Source: a virus
Lineage: Duplodnaviria > Heunggongvirae > Uroviricota > Caudoviricetes
DNA: 64,000 bases
Direction: 5' to 3' (one strand)
Virus record (IMG/VR): IMGVR_UViG_3300031344_000001
The translations under genes were made by a program, and so were the position numbers. Within the stretch, counting starts at the first letter, position 1, and every line of letters starts with the position of its first letter. Positions 34,868 through 45,248 of the stretch are shown in pieces. The notes beneath the pieces were generated by a model. The model was not told where the DNA came from and searched no databases. It saw only the letters and a list, made by a program, of their open reading frames with translations.

Positions 34868-35248
34868 CTAGCGGGAACGTGCAGCGGTGACAGCCACGCG
34901 GCGGCGCGCGGCGGCCAGGAAGGCAAGCAAGCGGTGCTGCCGATCGATCGTCAACCGCTTGAACGCCGCGGCGACGTGGTCCCCCTCTTGGGGCACCGAC
35001 AACCGCGCGTGCAACGCGCGAGACTCGGGCACCGAGAGCGTCGCGAACAGCGCGCCGATCTCGCGCTCCTTGCGCTGAAAGCCGACCATCGCGGGCTCGT
35101 TGATGAGCAGTGGCGCGGTGATGATGGCGACGACCGCGGCGCCGGGGTCAGGAGCCTGCGCGGGATCCTCGACGGTCGGCTGCTCCCGGCGCGCGACCGG
35201 CACCCGCCGACTGCCCGCCAGCGCCTGGTGGTCGAACAGCGAGGTCAT
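34868..35248 (-). CDS. Hypothetical helical protein
   Basis: ATG overlaps the upstream stop; GFQRKEREIGALFATLSV..RLLAFLAAARRR. Confidence 0.65.
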   Translation of the reverse strand: MTSLFDHQALAGSRRVPVARREQPTVEDPAQAPDPGAAVVAIITAPLLINEPAMVGFQRKEREIGALFATLSVPESRALHARLSVPQEGDHVAAAFKRLTIDRQHRLLAFLAAARRRVAVTAARSR

Positions 35249-35775
35249 CACGGCACCACCTCGGCGTCCGCGTCGACCCAGCGCACGGAGCACAGGCGCG
35301 TACCGTACGCCGCGGCGGAGCACTCCGAGAGGCCGAACAAGTCGCACACACCCGCCAGCGCGCCGAGACTCGACGGCTCATCCCCGGCGAGCGTCACCTC
35401 GACGCGCTCGTGCGCGTGGTCCTTCCTGAGCGTGATGATGAGGCGTCGGCCGCGCTCACGAAACTTGCCGCTGAACCAGTGCGCGTAGATCTCGTCCGTG
35501 TCCTTGCTCGCGAAGACGTCGGTGACGTCGGCGACGTACCTCGCGTTCTGCCCGGTTGTATACCCAACGCCGTCGTCGGTCACCGAGATCCGCGGGGCCG
35601 CCGCGATCCACGCCTGGAGTTGGCCGCGCACGACGCCGATGCAGGCACGGGCCCCCGCGCGGCCAGCACCCGACTCCGCCTCGACATAGCCCGACGACGA
35701 CTTGAGGACGTAGGTCGTGTCCGCGAGGGCGAACGCAGGGCTGACCAGCAGCGCGAGGACGAGCACGATTCTCAT
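35248..35775 (-). CDS. Secreted hypothetical protein
   Basis: Signal peptide MRIVLVLALLVSPAFALA; AAAGG RBS. Confidence 0.65.
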   Translation of the reverse strand: MRIVLVLALLVSPAFALADTTYVLKSSSGYVEAESGAGRAGARACIGVVRGQLQAWIAAAPRISVTDDGVGYTTGQNARYVADVTDVFASKDTDEIYAHWFSGKFRERGRRLIITLRKDHAHERVEVTLAGDEPSSLGALAGVCDLFGLSECSAAAYGTRLCSVRWVDADAEVVP

Positions 35776-35816
35776 GGCGTACCTTTCTTGCGGTGAATGA
35801 TCGAAGCGCCGCGGCG

Positions 35817-36017
35817 CTACTCGTCCTTGAGGAGTGAGAGTTGGTCACCAGAGACCGTCGGTGGCACCGGCCGCGGTGGCGGGACAGCCGCGAGATCCAA
35901 CCGCGTACGGATCCACTCCGATAGCGTCTCGTCGTCCCTCTTCGCAGCCGCGCGCCACATCTTCATCTGACGAGGGCGCGCTCGGATGTTGACGTTAACC
36001 GAATGAGCTGAGGCCAC
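35817..36017 (-). CDS. Ribbon-helix-helix-like DNA-binding protein (paralog 3), first gene of the leftward block
   Basis: SVNVNIRARPRQMKMWRAAAKRDDETLSEWIRTRLD; GTG at 36017. Confidence 0.65.
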   Translation of the reverse strand: MASAHSVNVNIRARPRQMKMWRAAAKRDDETLSEWIRTRLDLAAVPPPRPVPPTVSGDQLSLLKDE

Positions 36018-36060
36018 AGAGATCTGTTTACAGTGGCGCTTTACGATTGTCAATACAGAT
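36016..36060 (-). promoter_or_regulatory. Divergence point; leftward sigma70-type promoter (leaderless)
   Basis: TTGACA (36053-36048)-17 bp-TAAACA (36030-36025)-7 bp-GTG; IRs ACAGA-GA-TCTGT and ATCTGT...ACAGAT; AT-rich. Confidence 0.7.
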
Positions 36061-36284
36061 GCACTCGTGCTACCTGTCTTCTCCCATGAGCCGCTGGTTA
36101 TCTGGAGACGTCGCCACCATGACGCTCGGCGCGATCGAAGCCGAGATCTCATCCATCGAGAGGACGCCGATGCGCGACCGATCCGTCGCCGACGTCGAGC
36201 GACTCGCCGACCTACGCTCGGCCCAGCGCCGGATCAAGGGCGTCAAGGGCGGCTCGCGCAACTGCTTCTGGAGCTGACCCCGAC

Positions 36285-37196
36285 GTGCACCTGTTCGTCG
36301 TGACAGACTGGGACGAGGGTTTCGCTCTCGCCCCAGCGGCCGAGGCCCTCGCCGACGTACCGTCGGACGGCGAGTACGCCGTCGAGTGCGTTGCACCGCA
36401 CTTCGGCGTGCTCCAGGACGTCATGGTCCGAGGCTTCGCACTCGATCGGCTCTACATTGACGACCGGTTCGTGCCCGTCGTCGAAGCGCCTGTCACGACC
36501 ACCGCCCACAGCGAAGACCATCACTACGACCTCACGCCCCCAATCAAGATCGAGGGCCACGCCGTCCGCGCAGTCCTCAGGAACACCTCCGACGCGCCGA
36601 AGAAGCCCAAGGTCGCCGTGCTGGCCCAGGGGCTCCAGGCCGCGGAGGGTTGGCGCGTCGAGGTGCACACCGGCAGCGCCGCGCGACCGCTCACGCCGAG
36701 CTGCCCGACGTGCGACTCACCCGAGCGCGACGTCCGTCGCCAGCTCACATGCGCTCATCAAAAGCCGTGCCCGCACCGGGGCCCACAGTACACGCCGGAC
36801 GAAGCGGCGCGCATCGCGAAAGAGACGGGGCACTATCCACCGAACACGGCGTGGGAGATCGTGACCGGTAAGGCAGCCGCGTCCGGCGTGTTCTGCGCCG
36901 ACACCTGGCACGACGCAGCCACGAAGCCCGCGCGGGAGTCCGTCGTGCACGCCCCCAAGCTCTCGCGCACGACCCACGAGGGCCCCGGCAACGCGACGCT
37001 CGTGCGAGGGTGCTCGTGCGGCGTGGAAGCCTCGACGCCCGAGGCGTTCGCCGCTCACGTCGGCGTTCCCGAGCGCGTCTTCACCGCGATGCTGGGCCTC
37101 GTCGGCGTCATCTACGACCTCTGCGACTCGGCGCAGGTGACGCGCGAGGAAGCCGCGCGTCGCGTCGCCCGCTGCCTGGAGTTCCCCTCATGCTGA
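36285..37196 (+). CDS. Hypothetical protein (beta-rich N-terminal domain + Cys-rich region)
   Basis: N-terminal domain paralogous to 37190..37552. Confidence 0.6.
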   Translation: MHLFVVTDWDEGFALAPAAEALADVPSDGEYAVECVAPHFGVLQDVMVRGFALDRLYIDDRFVPVVEAPVTTTAHSEDHHYDLTPPIKIEGHAVRAVLRNTSDAPKKPKVAVLAQGLQAAEGWRVEVHTGSAARPLTPSCPTCDSPERDVRRQLTCAHQKPCPHRGPQYTPDEAARIAKETGHYPPNTAWEIVTGKAAASGVFCADTWHDAATKPARESVVHAPKLSRTTHEGPGNATLVRGCSCGVEASTPEAFAAHVGVPERVFTAMLGLVGVIYDLCDSAQVTREEAARRVARCLEFPSC

Positions 37197-37552
37197 GCGC
37201 CTCGACGGGCCCCACCCGCGCAACGGCTGCCATGGCGCGTGTCCGCGTCAGAGACTTCGACGACTCTCCCGCCATCATACCCCCGGGCGAGACGTACGAA
37301 GCGACGTGCCACTCGATCGAGCGCCTGCACCTCGTCGAGGTCGTGACCCACGACTTCACGCTCGTCGCGCTGTACGTCAGCAACAGCTTCGTTCCGACGA
37401 AGGAGCGCGTGACCGTCGTCGGCGCGCGGGTGTACCAGCCCGGACCCGCAGGCGTGGGCATCCCCATGTGCTCGCGCGTCAGGGTCGTCCTCCGGAACAC
37501 GACCGATCACCCGCTTCGCGCCCGACTCGCGAACTTCGAGGGGCCCCGATGA
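37190..37552 (+). CDS. Hypothetical beta-rich protein
   Basis: F.L..LYV...FVP..E...VRVVLRNTTDHP shared with the upstream gene. Confidence 0.6.
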   Translation: MLSASTGPTRATAAMARVRVRDFDDSPAIIPPGETYEATCHSIERLHLVEVVTHDFTLVALYVSNSFVPTKERVTVVGARVYQPGPAGVGIPMCSRVRVVLRNTTDHPLRARLANFEGPR

Positions 37553-38536
37553 CGCCGGAGTTCGTCGGATGGCTCACGGACCGGGGATTCCTCGACAGCG
37601 TGAACAGCGCGCAGGAGGAGCGCCTCCGCGCCGCGACCGAGACCCCGCTCTCACCCGAGCAACAGCTGCGCTGGGTCGAAGCCCTCGCCGACCTCGTGGC
37701 CGAGAAGTGGGCCGCGACGGATCCTCCAGGGCTGGCGACCGCCCGGACCGCGATCACCTTCCTGAGGACGGAGGCCGCGGAGCGCGACCACTGGTGGCGG
37801 TCACCCCGAATCGAGATCGACGCCGTCGAGGACTACCTCTGCATCGCGATCGACCAGATCCTCGAAGACGAGGTCGACATCTCCAGCGAAATGCACCCTC
37901 TCGACCAAAGTCACGACGTCGCCGACCACGACGCGGAGGGATGCGCGGAGTGCCTCAAGCAGTTCGCCCTCCAGGACGCGCACATCGACGAGGTACGCGG
38001 GACCATCGCGTCGATGATCCTCCACGCTCACGACCTCGCCCTCGTCAGTCCCGCCTACGTCAGCACGGAGGAGTCCTGATGAACCTCTATGACATCTATG
38101 AGCGCTTCCGCAAACGCGCGAAGGACCTCCGGGCGTGCGCCGAGTTGGTCGGCAACCTGAAGCAGCTGCCTGAGCGCGTGGCCCCGAAGGACTTCGAGCA
38201 GGTGGTCGACCTCATGGCCGGCGCCGCGAGCGACATCGAGATGCTGGTCAAGTCACGGCCGATCGGCTGCATCTGCCGTTGCATCGAGGGCGAGAACTTC
38301 GACTACTTCGACTACGTGGAAGGCTGCTTCCACCACAGCCAGCTCTACCAGCTGCGCGAGACGCTCAAGGCCGACTACGCCAAGATGGAGCGTGCGCTCA
38401 AGAACGAGGCACGGATGAAGCTCGTCGCCGCGGCACTGGCGGGCGCCGCGACGCTGCCGAACTACACCGCCCACGACTACGCCAAGCGAGCGGTCGAGAT
38501 CGCAGACGAAACGATTCGCAGGATCACGGAGACGAC

Positions 38537-39160
38537 GTGAAAACCTACCGCCACAAGCACGGCGTCGAAGCGATGCGCTGGACGGGCACCCCCGAGGACC
38601 GCGCGCGGTTCACCGAATGGTTCGGCGGCCACGACATCATGTTCAAGACGCACGGTTCCGAGATCGTCCTACCCGCGATCCACGGCTACACGCGGGCCGC
38701 CGCCGTCGGCGCGTGGATCCTCCACGCCGACGGTGAATTCCTCGCGATGGAGGACGCGGTGTTCACCGCCACCTACGAGGAGGTCGCGAAGACACTCGAG
38801 ACCGCGAAGACGTTCGGTCCAGGCTTAGCTGGACGTGCGGCACTCGTGGAGTACCTCAAAGGGGTGGACCCTGCGAAGGCCTTGCTCGTGTGGATCCGCA
38901 CGGCTGTCGACACCTTCTTGCGCGACACGGGCGCCGTACAAAACGCGGTCGAGGGCTGGGACGTGTTCTTGGGTTGGGTCAAGGGTCACCGCGGGCGACC
39001 GGACCTCAACCTGGAAAGTCCAGCCGAGCGCGTCCTGCAACGAATCACCGCGCGCGCCGAAGAGGAGATCCGTCAGGCCGCGCTGTCACGCCCCGTGGCG
39101 GACCTGCGCGTCGTAGAGCCCTGGATCGACGAGTTCTTCACCCACGAGTCCCTTGCGTGA
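38537..39160 (+). CDS. Phage protein with 'EAMRWTG...VGAWI' N-terminal domain
   Basis: GTGA overlap; paralog of 20624..21112. Confidence 0.55.
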   Translation: MKTYRHKHGVEAMRWTGTPEDRARFTEWFGGHDIMFKTHGSEIVLPAIHGYTRAAAVGAWILHADGEFLAMEDAVFTATYEEVAKTLETAKTFGPGLAGRAALVEYLKGVDPAKALLVWIRTAVDTFLRDTGAVQNAVEGWDVFLGWVKGHRGRPDLNLESPAERVLQRITARAEEEIRQAALSRPVADLRVVEPWIDEFFTHESLA

Positions 39161-39724
39161 GCCCCGAAGTGTCCCACGTCGCCGCGCAGCACGCGAAGCT
39201 GCGCGCTCTGGGCGCAGAGGTCGCGCTCGCTGGTGCGCATGACGCGCCGGTCTTGCACGCCATGCTGCGAACACTCGTCGAACTGGTGTGCTCCGCGCCG
39301 GAGCCATGCTCCGCAATGCCCAACAACGTGGAGCTCTACGAGGGCGTGCTGCGAAGACTGCGAGAGGGTGGAGCGTGACACGCAAGAAAGCACCGACGAC
39401 GGCTACGCTTGCGGGTGCCACGCACGAAGCGCTTGCGACGTCCCCCCGGGCGGCGATCCACATCGTTCGTCAACGTGCCGAGCGCGCCCAAGCGCTACGC
39501 GAACGACCGTCGCACACGGTACCGCGCAAAAAGCACGAGTCCGACGCCTACGAAGTGACGCTCCGTCGTGACGTGCAGCAGGTAGCGCTCGTCCGCCTCG
39601 AAGCATCAGCGCCCCAGGAGGCGATCAACATCGCGGAGGCGAACGCCGCCGAGGACGAAACCGCGTGGAAGATCGAAGAGTACATCGGCTCCCACAAGCC
39701 CGAAGTCCGCCGCACGAGGCTCCG

Positions 39725-40102
39725 GTGAAGGCCGTGAAGATCACGGCGGCGGACTGCCGGTCGTGCGGCGCGTGCTGCGTCGCCACCGGCGACGGCAGTG
39801 AGGTGCTCACCTACGGCTACGCCGACCTGACTTCCAAGGACGTCAAGCGGATGACGCCGCACGTGCGTCGACAGCTGTACGAGTTCTTCATCGGCGGCGA
39901 GACCCGGCACGCGACGCGCGCCAAGCAACTCACCTCCGGCGCGGTCGGCTGCCAGTACCTGCGGGGCACCCCGGGAGCGCGCTGTTCGTGCTCGATCTAC
40001 GAGACGCGGCCCGAGGTCTGCCAGAAGTTCCGCGTCGGCGGATCGACGTGCAAGCTCGCGCGTGCGGCCCTGGCGTCACGCGAAGAGGACACCCGCACGT
40101 GA
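39725..40102 (+). CDS. YkgJ-family (CxxCxxCC) cysteine-cluster protein
   Basis: DCRSCGACC...CQYLRG...CSIYETRPEVCQKF. Confidence 0.8.
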   Translation: MKAVKITAADCRSCGACCVATGDGSEVLTYGYADLTSKDVKRMTPHVRRQLYEFFIGGETRHATRAKQLTSGAVGCQYLRGTPGARCSCSIYETRPEVCQKFRVGGSTCKLARAALASREEDTRT

Positions 40103-40169
40103 CGCTGTCCCGTCAAAGATTTCTACCGCCTGATGATCCCCGTACCCCCACGCAGAAGGTGAATCGCGC

Positions 40170-40502
40170 ATGACTCCCACGACCACGACCACGTCTCCGA
40201 CCATCCGCCCCCTCCACGACCGCATCCTCGTCAAGCGCCTCGAAGCCGAGGAAAAGACGCCCGGCGGCCTCTTCATTCCCGAAGCCGCCAAGGAGAAGCC
40301 CGTCGCGGGAATCGTGGTCGCGATCGGCGACGGCGCTCGCGACAAGGACGGCCAGCGGATCCCGCTCGACGTCAAGACCGGCGACCGCGTGCTGTTCGCC
40401 AAGTACAGCGGCACCGAGGTGCAGACCCTCGGCGAGGGTCACGTGATCTTGCGTGAGGACGACGTCCTCGCCGTGATCGGTGACGCGGGGCAGGAGTCCT
40501 AA
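40170..40502 (+). CDS. groES: Co-chaperonin GroES
   Basis: IRPLHDRILVKRLEAEEKTPGGLFIPEAAKEKP..GDG..LDVKTGDRVLFAKYSGTEV..ILREDDVLAVI. Confidence 0.95.
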   Translation: MTPTTTTTSPTIRPLHDRILVKRLEAEEKTPGGLFIPEAAKEKPVAGIVVAIGDGARDKDGQRIPLDVKTGDRVLFAKYSGTEVQTLGEGHVILREDDVLAVIGDAGQES

Positions 40503-40503
40503 C

Positions 40504-41049
40504 GTGGCCGATCCCCTGACCAACTACGTCGACCTCCTCGGGCGCAACGGCCACGATCGCGTGACGCGCTTCGAGGGCGCCGTCACCAGCGTCACGTTCG
40601 ACCTCTACGGCTGCATCCAAGTGTCCGTCCAGCCGCGGGTCGACAAGGACGGCAAGCTGCCCGACGGGCGCTGGCTGGACGTCCATCGTCTGGAGCCCGA
40701 CGCCACGCGGGCCATGCTCGTCCCGGACTTCAGCTCCAATGCGCCCGCGATCGCGATCCTCGGGCGCTGGGGGCGTGACCGGGTGTCCGGCTTCGAGGGC
40801 ACCGTCAGCTCCATCGCGTACCACCTCAGCGGCAAGGTGGAAGTCGCGCTGTCACCACGCGTCGACAAGGAGGGCAAGGTTCCGGAGGGCCGGTGGCTCG
40901 ACGCCGCGCGCGTCGAGCTGATCGGCGACACGCGCGCGATGGAGGCCCCGAAGTTCACGCACGCGCCGGGCACCCTCGCGGTGGACCCCCACCAGCACGA
41001 GCACGGTCCCGCCGAGAAGCCCTCGGCGGACGCGGGCCCCCCGGTCTGA
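40504..41049 (+). CDS. Phage protein with internally duplicated domain
   Basis: Two copies of LGRxGxDRVxxFEGxVxS....L.G...V...PRVDKxGKxPxGRWLD. Confidence 0.7.
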   Translation: MADPLTNYVDLLGRNGHDRVTRFEGAVTSVTFDLYGCIQVSVQPRVDKDGKLPDGRWLDVHRLEPDATRAMLVPDFSSNAPAIAILGRWGRDRVSGFEGTVSSIAYHLSGKVEVALSPRVDKEGKVPEGRWLDAARVELIGDTRAMEAPKFTHAPGTLAVDPHQHEHGPAEKPSADAGPPV

Positions 41050-41713
41050 CACCACAAGCCGATGACGCGCCACTACGAGACCACGTTCCGCGAGTCCGGC
41101 ACCGGGCGCACGCTGGTGCTGCGCGGGCAGGGCAACACGCGCACGAGTGGCGCGCGGGCAGCGCGGTGGCAACTGCGCCGCATCGTCGGAGACATGTCGG
41201 GCTGGTACGAGGTCGAGACGCACTTCGTACCGCAAAAGGAGGCCAGGTGATGTTCGGAGAGCCCGAGGACCTCGAGAGCGCGTGCAACGCGCGCCTCTTC
41301 AGCGCAGACAACTACGGCGACGGGTCGGCGACGATCCGCTGCCAGCTGTCGCCGGGGCACGACGGCGTCCACCGCGAGCAATTCGAGTGCGGCCTGCCTC
41401 CCACGACGCACAACCGTGCGCCGACGACCCCGAACACCGAGAGTACCCCGATGCCGATCACCCCTGCACAAGCGCGCGAGGCCAGGAGCACCGCGGCCTC
41501 GCCCGCCGTAGCTGACCTCGTCGAGAGGATCGACGCCTACCTCAGCGCGACACGATCGACGCTCAACCACGAGTGGTTCTTCGCGATCGCCGGTGCCACG
41601 GACGACGCTGTCGAGGACGTGATCAAGCTCTACGAGAGCGCGGGCTGGCGCGTGCGCAGGATCTACGACCGCGAAGGACACGCGCTCGTCTTTAGCGAAG
41701 GAGTCGGGCGCTG

Positions 41714-42310
41714 ATGCTGGCCTTCCTCGACCTCGAGACAACGGGCCTCGACAGCGAGAGCGACGACATCCTGGAGGTCGCCTGCGTCGTCACCGAGGAC
41801 GATCTCCAGGAAGTGGCCCGCTACCACTCCGTCCTCGTGGCGCACCGTCCCTTCCATCGCCTGCCGGAGGTCGTGCGCGACATGCACGCCAAGAGCGGCC
41901 TGTGGGACGAGGCGACCGGCGGGTCGAAGAAGGCCGCCAAGACCCTCGGTGCCGTCGACCAAGACCTGTCGACCTTCCTGCGCGCGCACGCAGTCAGGAT
42001 CCAGAAGCGCGACGACGGCACCCCTGTGATCGAGCGCGCGCAACTCGCCGGGCTCGGCGTCTACTTCGACCGCATGTTCATGAAGCGCTGCCTGCCGCGC
42101 GCCGAGGCCGAGCTGCACTACCGCCAGCTCGACCTCACGGGCGTCAACGAGCTCTTCGCGCGCTTCCGCCCGAGCGTCTACGAGGGTCGTCCCAAGCACC
42201 CCGTCGTGCACCGCGCGATGCCAGACGTCCTGGAGGCGATCGACGTCGCACGCTACTACGGCGCGTGGATCGGGAGCCCGGAGCACGGCGCCAACACGGG
42301 AACGCCGTAG
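41714..42310 (+). CDS. orn: Oligoribonuclease (DEDDh 3'-5' exonuclease)
   Basis: FLDLETTGLD..DDILEVACVVT..MHAKSGL..FDRMFMK..LHYRQLDL..HRAMPDV. Confidence 0.85.
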   Translation: MLAFLDLETTGLDSESDDILEVACVVTEDDLQEVARYHSVLVAHRPFHRLPEVVRDMHAKSGLWDEATGGSKKAAKTLGAVDQDLSTFLRAHAVRIQKRDDGTPVIERAQLAGLGVYFDRMFMKRCLPRAEAELHYRQLDLTGVNELFARFRPSVYEGRPKHPVVHRAMPDVLEAIDVARYYGAWIGSPEHGANTGTP

Positions 42311-44104
42311 CGATGGGGGCTCCAGAGGACACCACCAGCGTGCCGTTTGAAGGTGCCCGCGTGACGAACAACGCAGGGCCGTTCAAGAAAGTGCGTGCCT
42401 CGTGCCCGCTCTGCCGTCAGGAAGTGACCCTTGAGATCTTCGAGCGAGATCTTGCGTCGTCACGTCGTAACCGCACCGAGATCTCTCGCTTTCCTGTGCA
42501 CCCAATCCCGCTGATCGCCGTGTGCGACGAACGCCTTGGCCTCCGCTGCCCCGCGTCGTACCGAATGGTGTTCCTGCTCTGCGACAGAGTCCACGTCCGC
42601 CCCACGTGCTTGGACCCAGAGTGCTGGTTGGAGGAGCCTTGACCATGAGCGTCTCGACCAACGCAATCTTGTTCTACGGCTACTGCTGGGACGACGAGGC
42701 TGAGCACCCGTGGCCCGACGGTGAAGGTGAGGTCCTCGATGAGGATGAGGACGACAACTGGGAAGATCGCTACGCGCGTGCGCGTGGTTGTCTGCCTCCC
42801 GACGCGGAAGCCTCCGCGCGTGAGCACAAGAAGTACGAGACCGCGAAGAAGAAGCTCGTCGCGGCCTCACGCTGCCGCGTCGACACGCACTGCATGACCT
42901 CGTGCCCGATGCCCTACGTGGCCGTGGAAGCGTCCGTGACGATCAGCCACCGGGGCTACCCAAGCACGGTCACTTCCATCGACGTTGACCCCACCTGGGA
43001 CGAGGCCCTCACCGAGTTCTGCAAGACGCTGGGGATCAAGGTCGGCAAGAAGAAACCAAGCTGGTGGCTGGTGAGCGACTGGAGCGAGTGATGACTACCC
43101 CCACGACCCCGTCGAGGATCTCATGACCACTACCGCGAAGCCCTGCACAAACCACACACCCCCATGGTTCACCGGGCGCTGGCAAGACTGGCACCGCGGC
43201 CACGGCTGCGCGCAAGACGACGGCAAGCCGCGATCGCCAGAAGCGCTGATCGAGGTCACCCAGCACGAAGCCAACAAGGCAACGGGATACCTGACCGACG
43301 CCGAGCTGAGCTTCCTGCGGGCGCGTACGACGTCCGGCGACACGCTGCTCGTGCGCGCGCTCGACGAGCTGAGGGTGCGCCGTGCAACCGCGAAGGACGC
43401 GGGCTGAATGGCGTCTCCGCTCCACAAGATGATGGGACCGCCGGGCGAGCGCTGCTCGTGCGGCGCCAGTTTCGACGACTACGCCTCCTTGGCCGAGCAC
43501 GTGCGCCTGGACATCAAATGCCCACGCTGTGGCGCCCTCGCCGCTGACCAACTCGCCGCTGAGGAGGGCTTCAGCTGGCAGTGCGGTCACTGGATCGCGC
43601 GAGGGGACTTCTCGGCAACACTCCGGGAAGCAGGCGACGCTTTGGAGCACTACCCAACGTACGGACCAGACGCGAACCACGTAGCCTGCGCCTGCGGCCA
43701 CACAGAGCGCATCGAGGACAACATCGAGGACAGCATTGAAGTGCGTGCGCGACAGTGCGCTGCCGCCATCAAGCGCGTAGAAGCCCACGTACGACAGTTC
43801 AAGGTTCAAGGAGCCCGCGTGCGCGGCGATAACCCGTGATCGACGCCCGCGTCATCGACGTCCAGCCGCACCCCGACCAGGCCACGAACAACCCTGGCTG
43901 CTGGGCGGTTCAGTTCCGCGTCACCCACGCGGGGCGCTCGCGCACGTTCTGGCGCTGGCACACCGTGCGGAAGCTCAACGCGAACGGTGCCTGGGTCGCT
44001 CCCGGCGACGCCCCGCCATCGCACGAGGAGATCCTCACGCGCTTCTGGGACGACACCTTCGGGGAGCTTCACGGCTTCTCTTTCACTCCTGACGAGGCAC
44101 ACCC

Positions 44105-44656
44105 GTGACGAGCGCCGAGCGCCAACAGCTCCGAGCGACCTGCGCAGCCGCGACGCCCGGCCCCTGGTTCCTCGCCTACGCGACCGTGCATGACGGGCCG
44201 CGCACGCGCGAGTACATGCGCGTCGAGCGTGAGATCCCAGACGACGCACCTGAGGAGGCGTACGACGCGCTGCCGAACACCGCCATCTGCCACGTGCCCG
44301 TGATCGCGGGCGACACGCCGACCACCCAGGGCGCGCACGACGGCGAGTTCATCGCCGCCGCACGGACCGCAGTCCCGCGGCTCCTCGACGAGGTCGACCG
44401 GCTGCAAGTCCTCGCGGCCGATCGCTGGGCCCTCAAGGCGTTCCGCGACACCGTGGAAGAAGCGGAGGCCCTGATCAAAGAGCGAACGCGCCTAAGGACA
44501 GAGGTGGACGAGCAGCACAACGCGATCACCTGTCTTCGTACGGCGCTCGCCGAGGCCCTCGACCTCTTCGACGCCGTGGGGGGCCCCGAGCACGCTCCCC
44601 GCCCCGAACAGCTCGAGCGCGCCGCGGCGCTGAGGGCGTTGGTGCCCCCATGCTGA
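44105..44656 (+). CDS. Phage protein with Ead/Ea22-like TPGPW module
   Basis: CAAATPGPW...DGEFIAAARTAVPRLLDEVDRL. Confidence 0.6.
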   Translation: MTSAERQQLRATCAAATPGPWFLAYATVHDGPRTREYMRVEREIPDDAPEEAYDALPNTAICHVPVIAGDTPTTQGAHDGEFIAAARTAVPRLLDEVDRLQVLAADRWALKAFRDTVEEAEALIKERTRLRTEVDEQHNAITCLRTALAEALDLFDAVGGPEHAPRPEQLERAAALRALVPPC

Positions 44657-44858
44657 CCGCACCTGCGTACTACCCCGAGTACGAGCCCAAGGACGTGGAC
44701 AAGTTTGCAACGATGGAGAAGCTGCTCGGCACCGCGACGGACCCCGCGATGCTGCGCAAGCTCGTGCTGCTGTACACGTTCGACATGTCCTACGACCGTG
44801 GAGACATCCTCGTGGCGCTTGGCCGTGTGGAACGCGCACGCGGCTGGAAAGTCGACCC

Positions 44859-45248
44859 GTGACGACCAATCGGGCGACGGCGCCGAGCGCCAAGATCCGG
44901 CGCCCGTGCGCCAATTGTCCCTGGCGTGTCGACGCGCCGCGCGACTACTGGGACCCGCAGCACTTCATCGACATCTGGCGGAACTGCCAGGACGACGGCC
45001 TGAACATCATGCTCTGCCACAAAGCCGGGGCGCTGCCCGAAGAGGAGCGCGGTGGTGTGCCGTGTCAGGGGTGGATCCGCGTCATGGGCTTCGACGCGAT
45101 CGGCGTGCGCATCCTCGTCTTGCAGGGCCGAGCGACTCCGGAGGAGGTTAAGGACCGCAAGGGGCCCGCGCTGTTCCTGACGTTCACCGCGATGATGCAC
45201 GCGAACAAGATCAAACTGCCCAAGCGATCGAGGAGAACGCCCCGATGA
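44859..45248 (+). CDS. DUF6283-like Cys-rich protein
   Basis: RPCANCPWRVDAP..W...CHK...CQGW. Confidence 0.55.
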   Translation: MTTNRATAPSAKIRRPCANCPWRVDAPRDYWDPQHFIDIWRNCQDDGLNIMLCHKAGALPEEERGGVPCQGWIRVMGFDAIGVRILVLQGRATPEEVKDRKGPALFLTFTAMMHANKIKLPKRSRRTPR

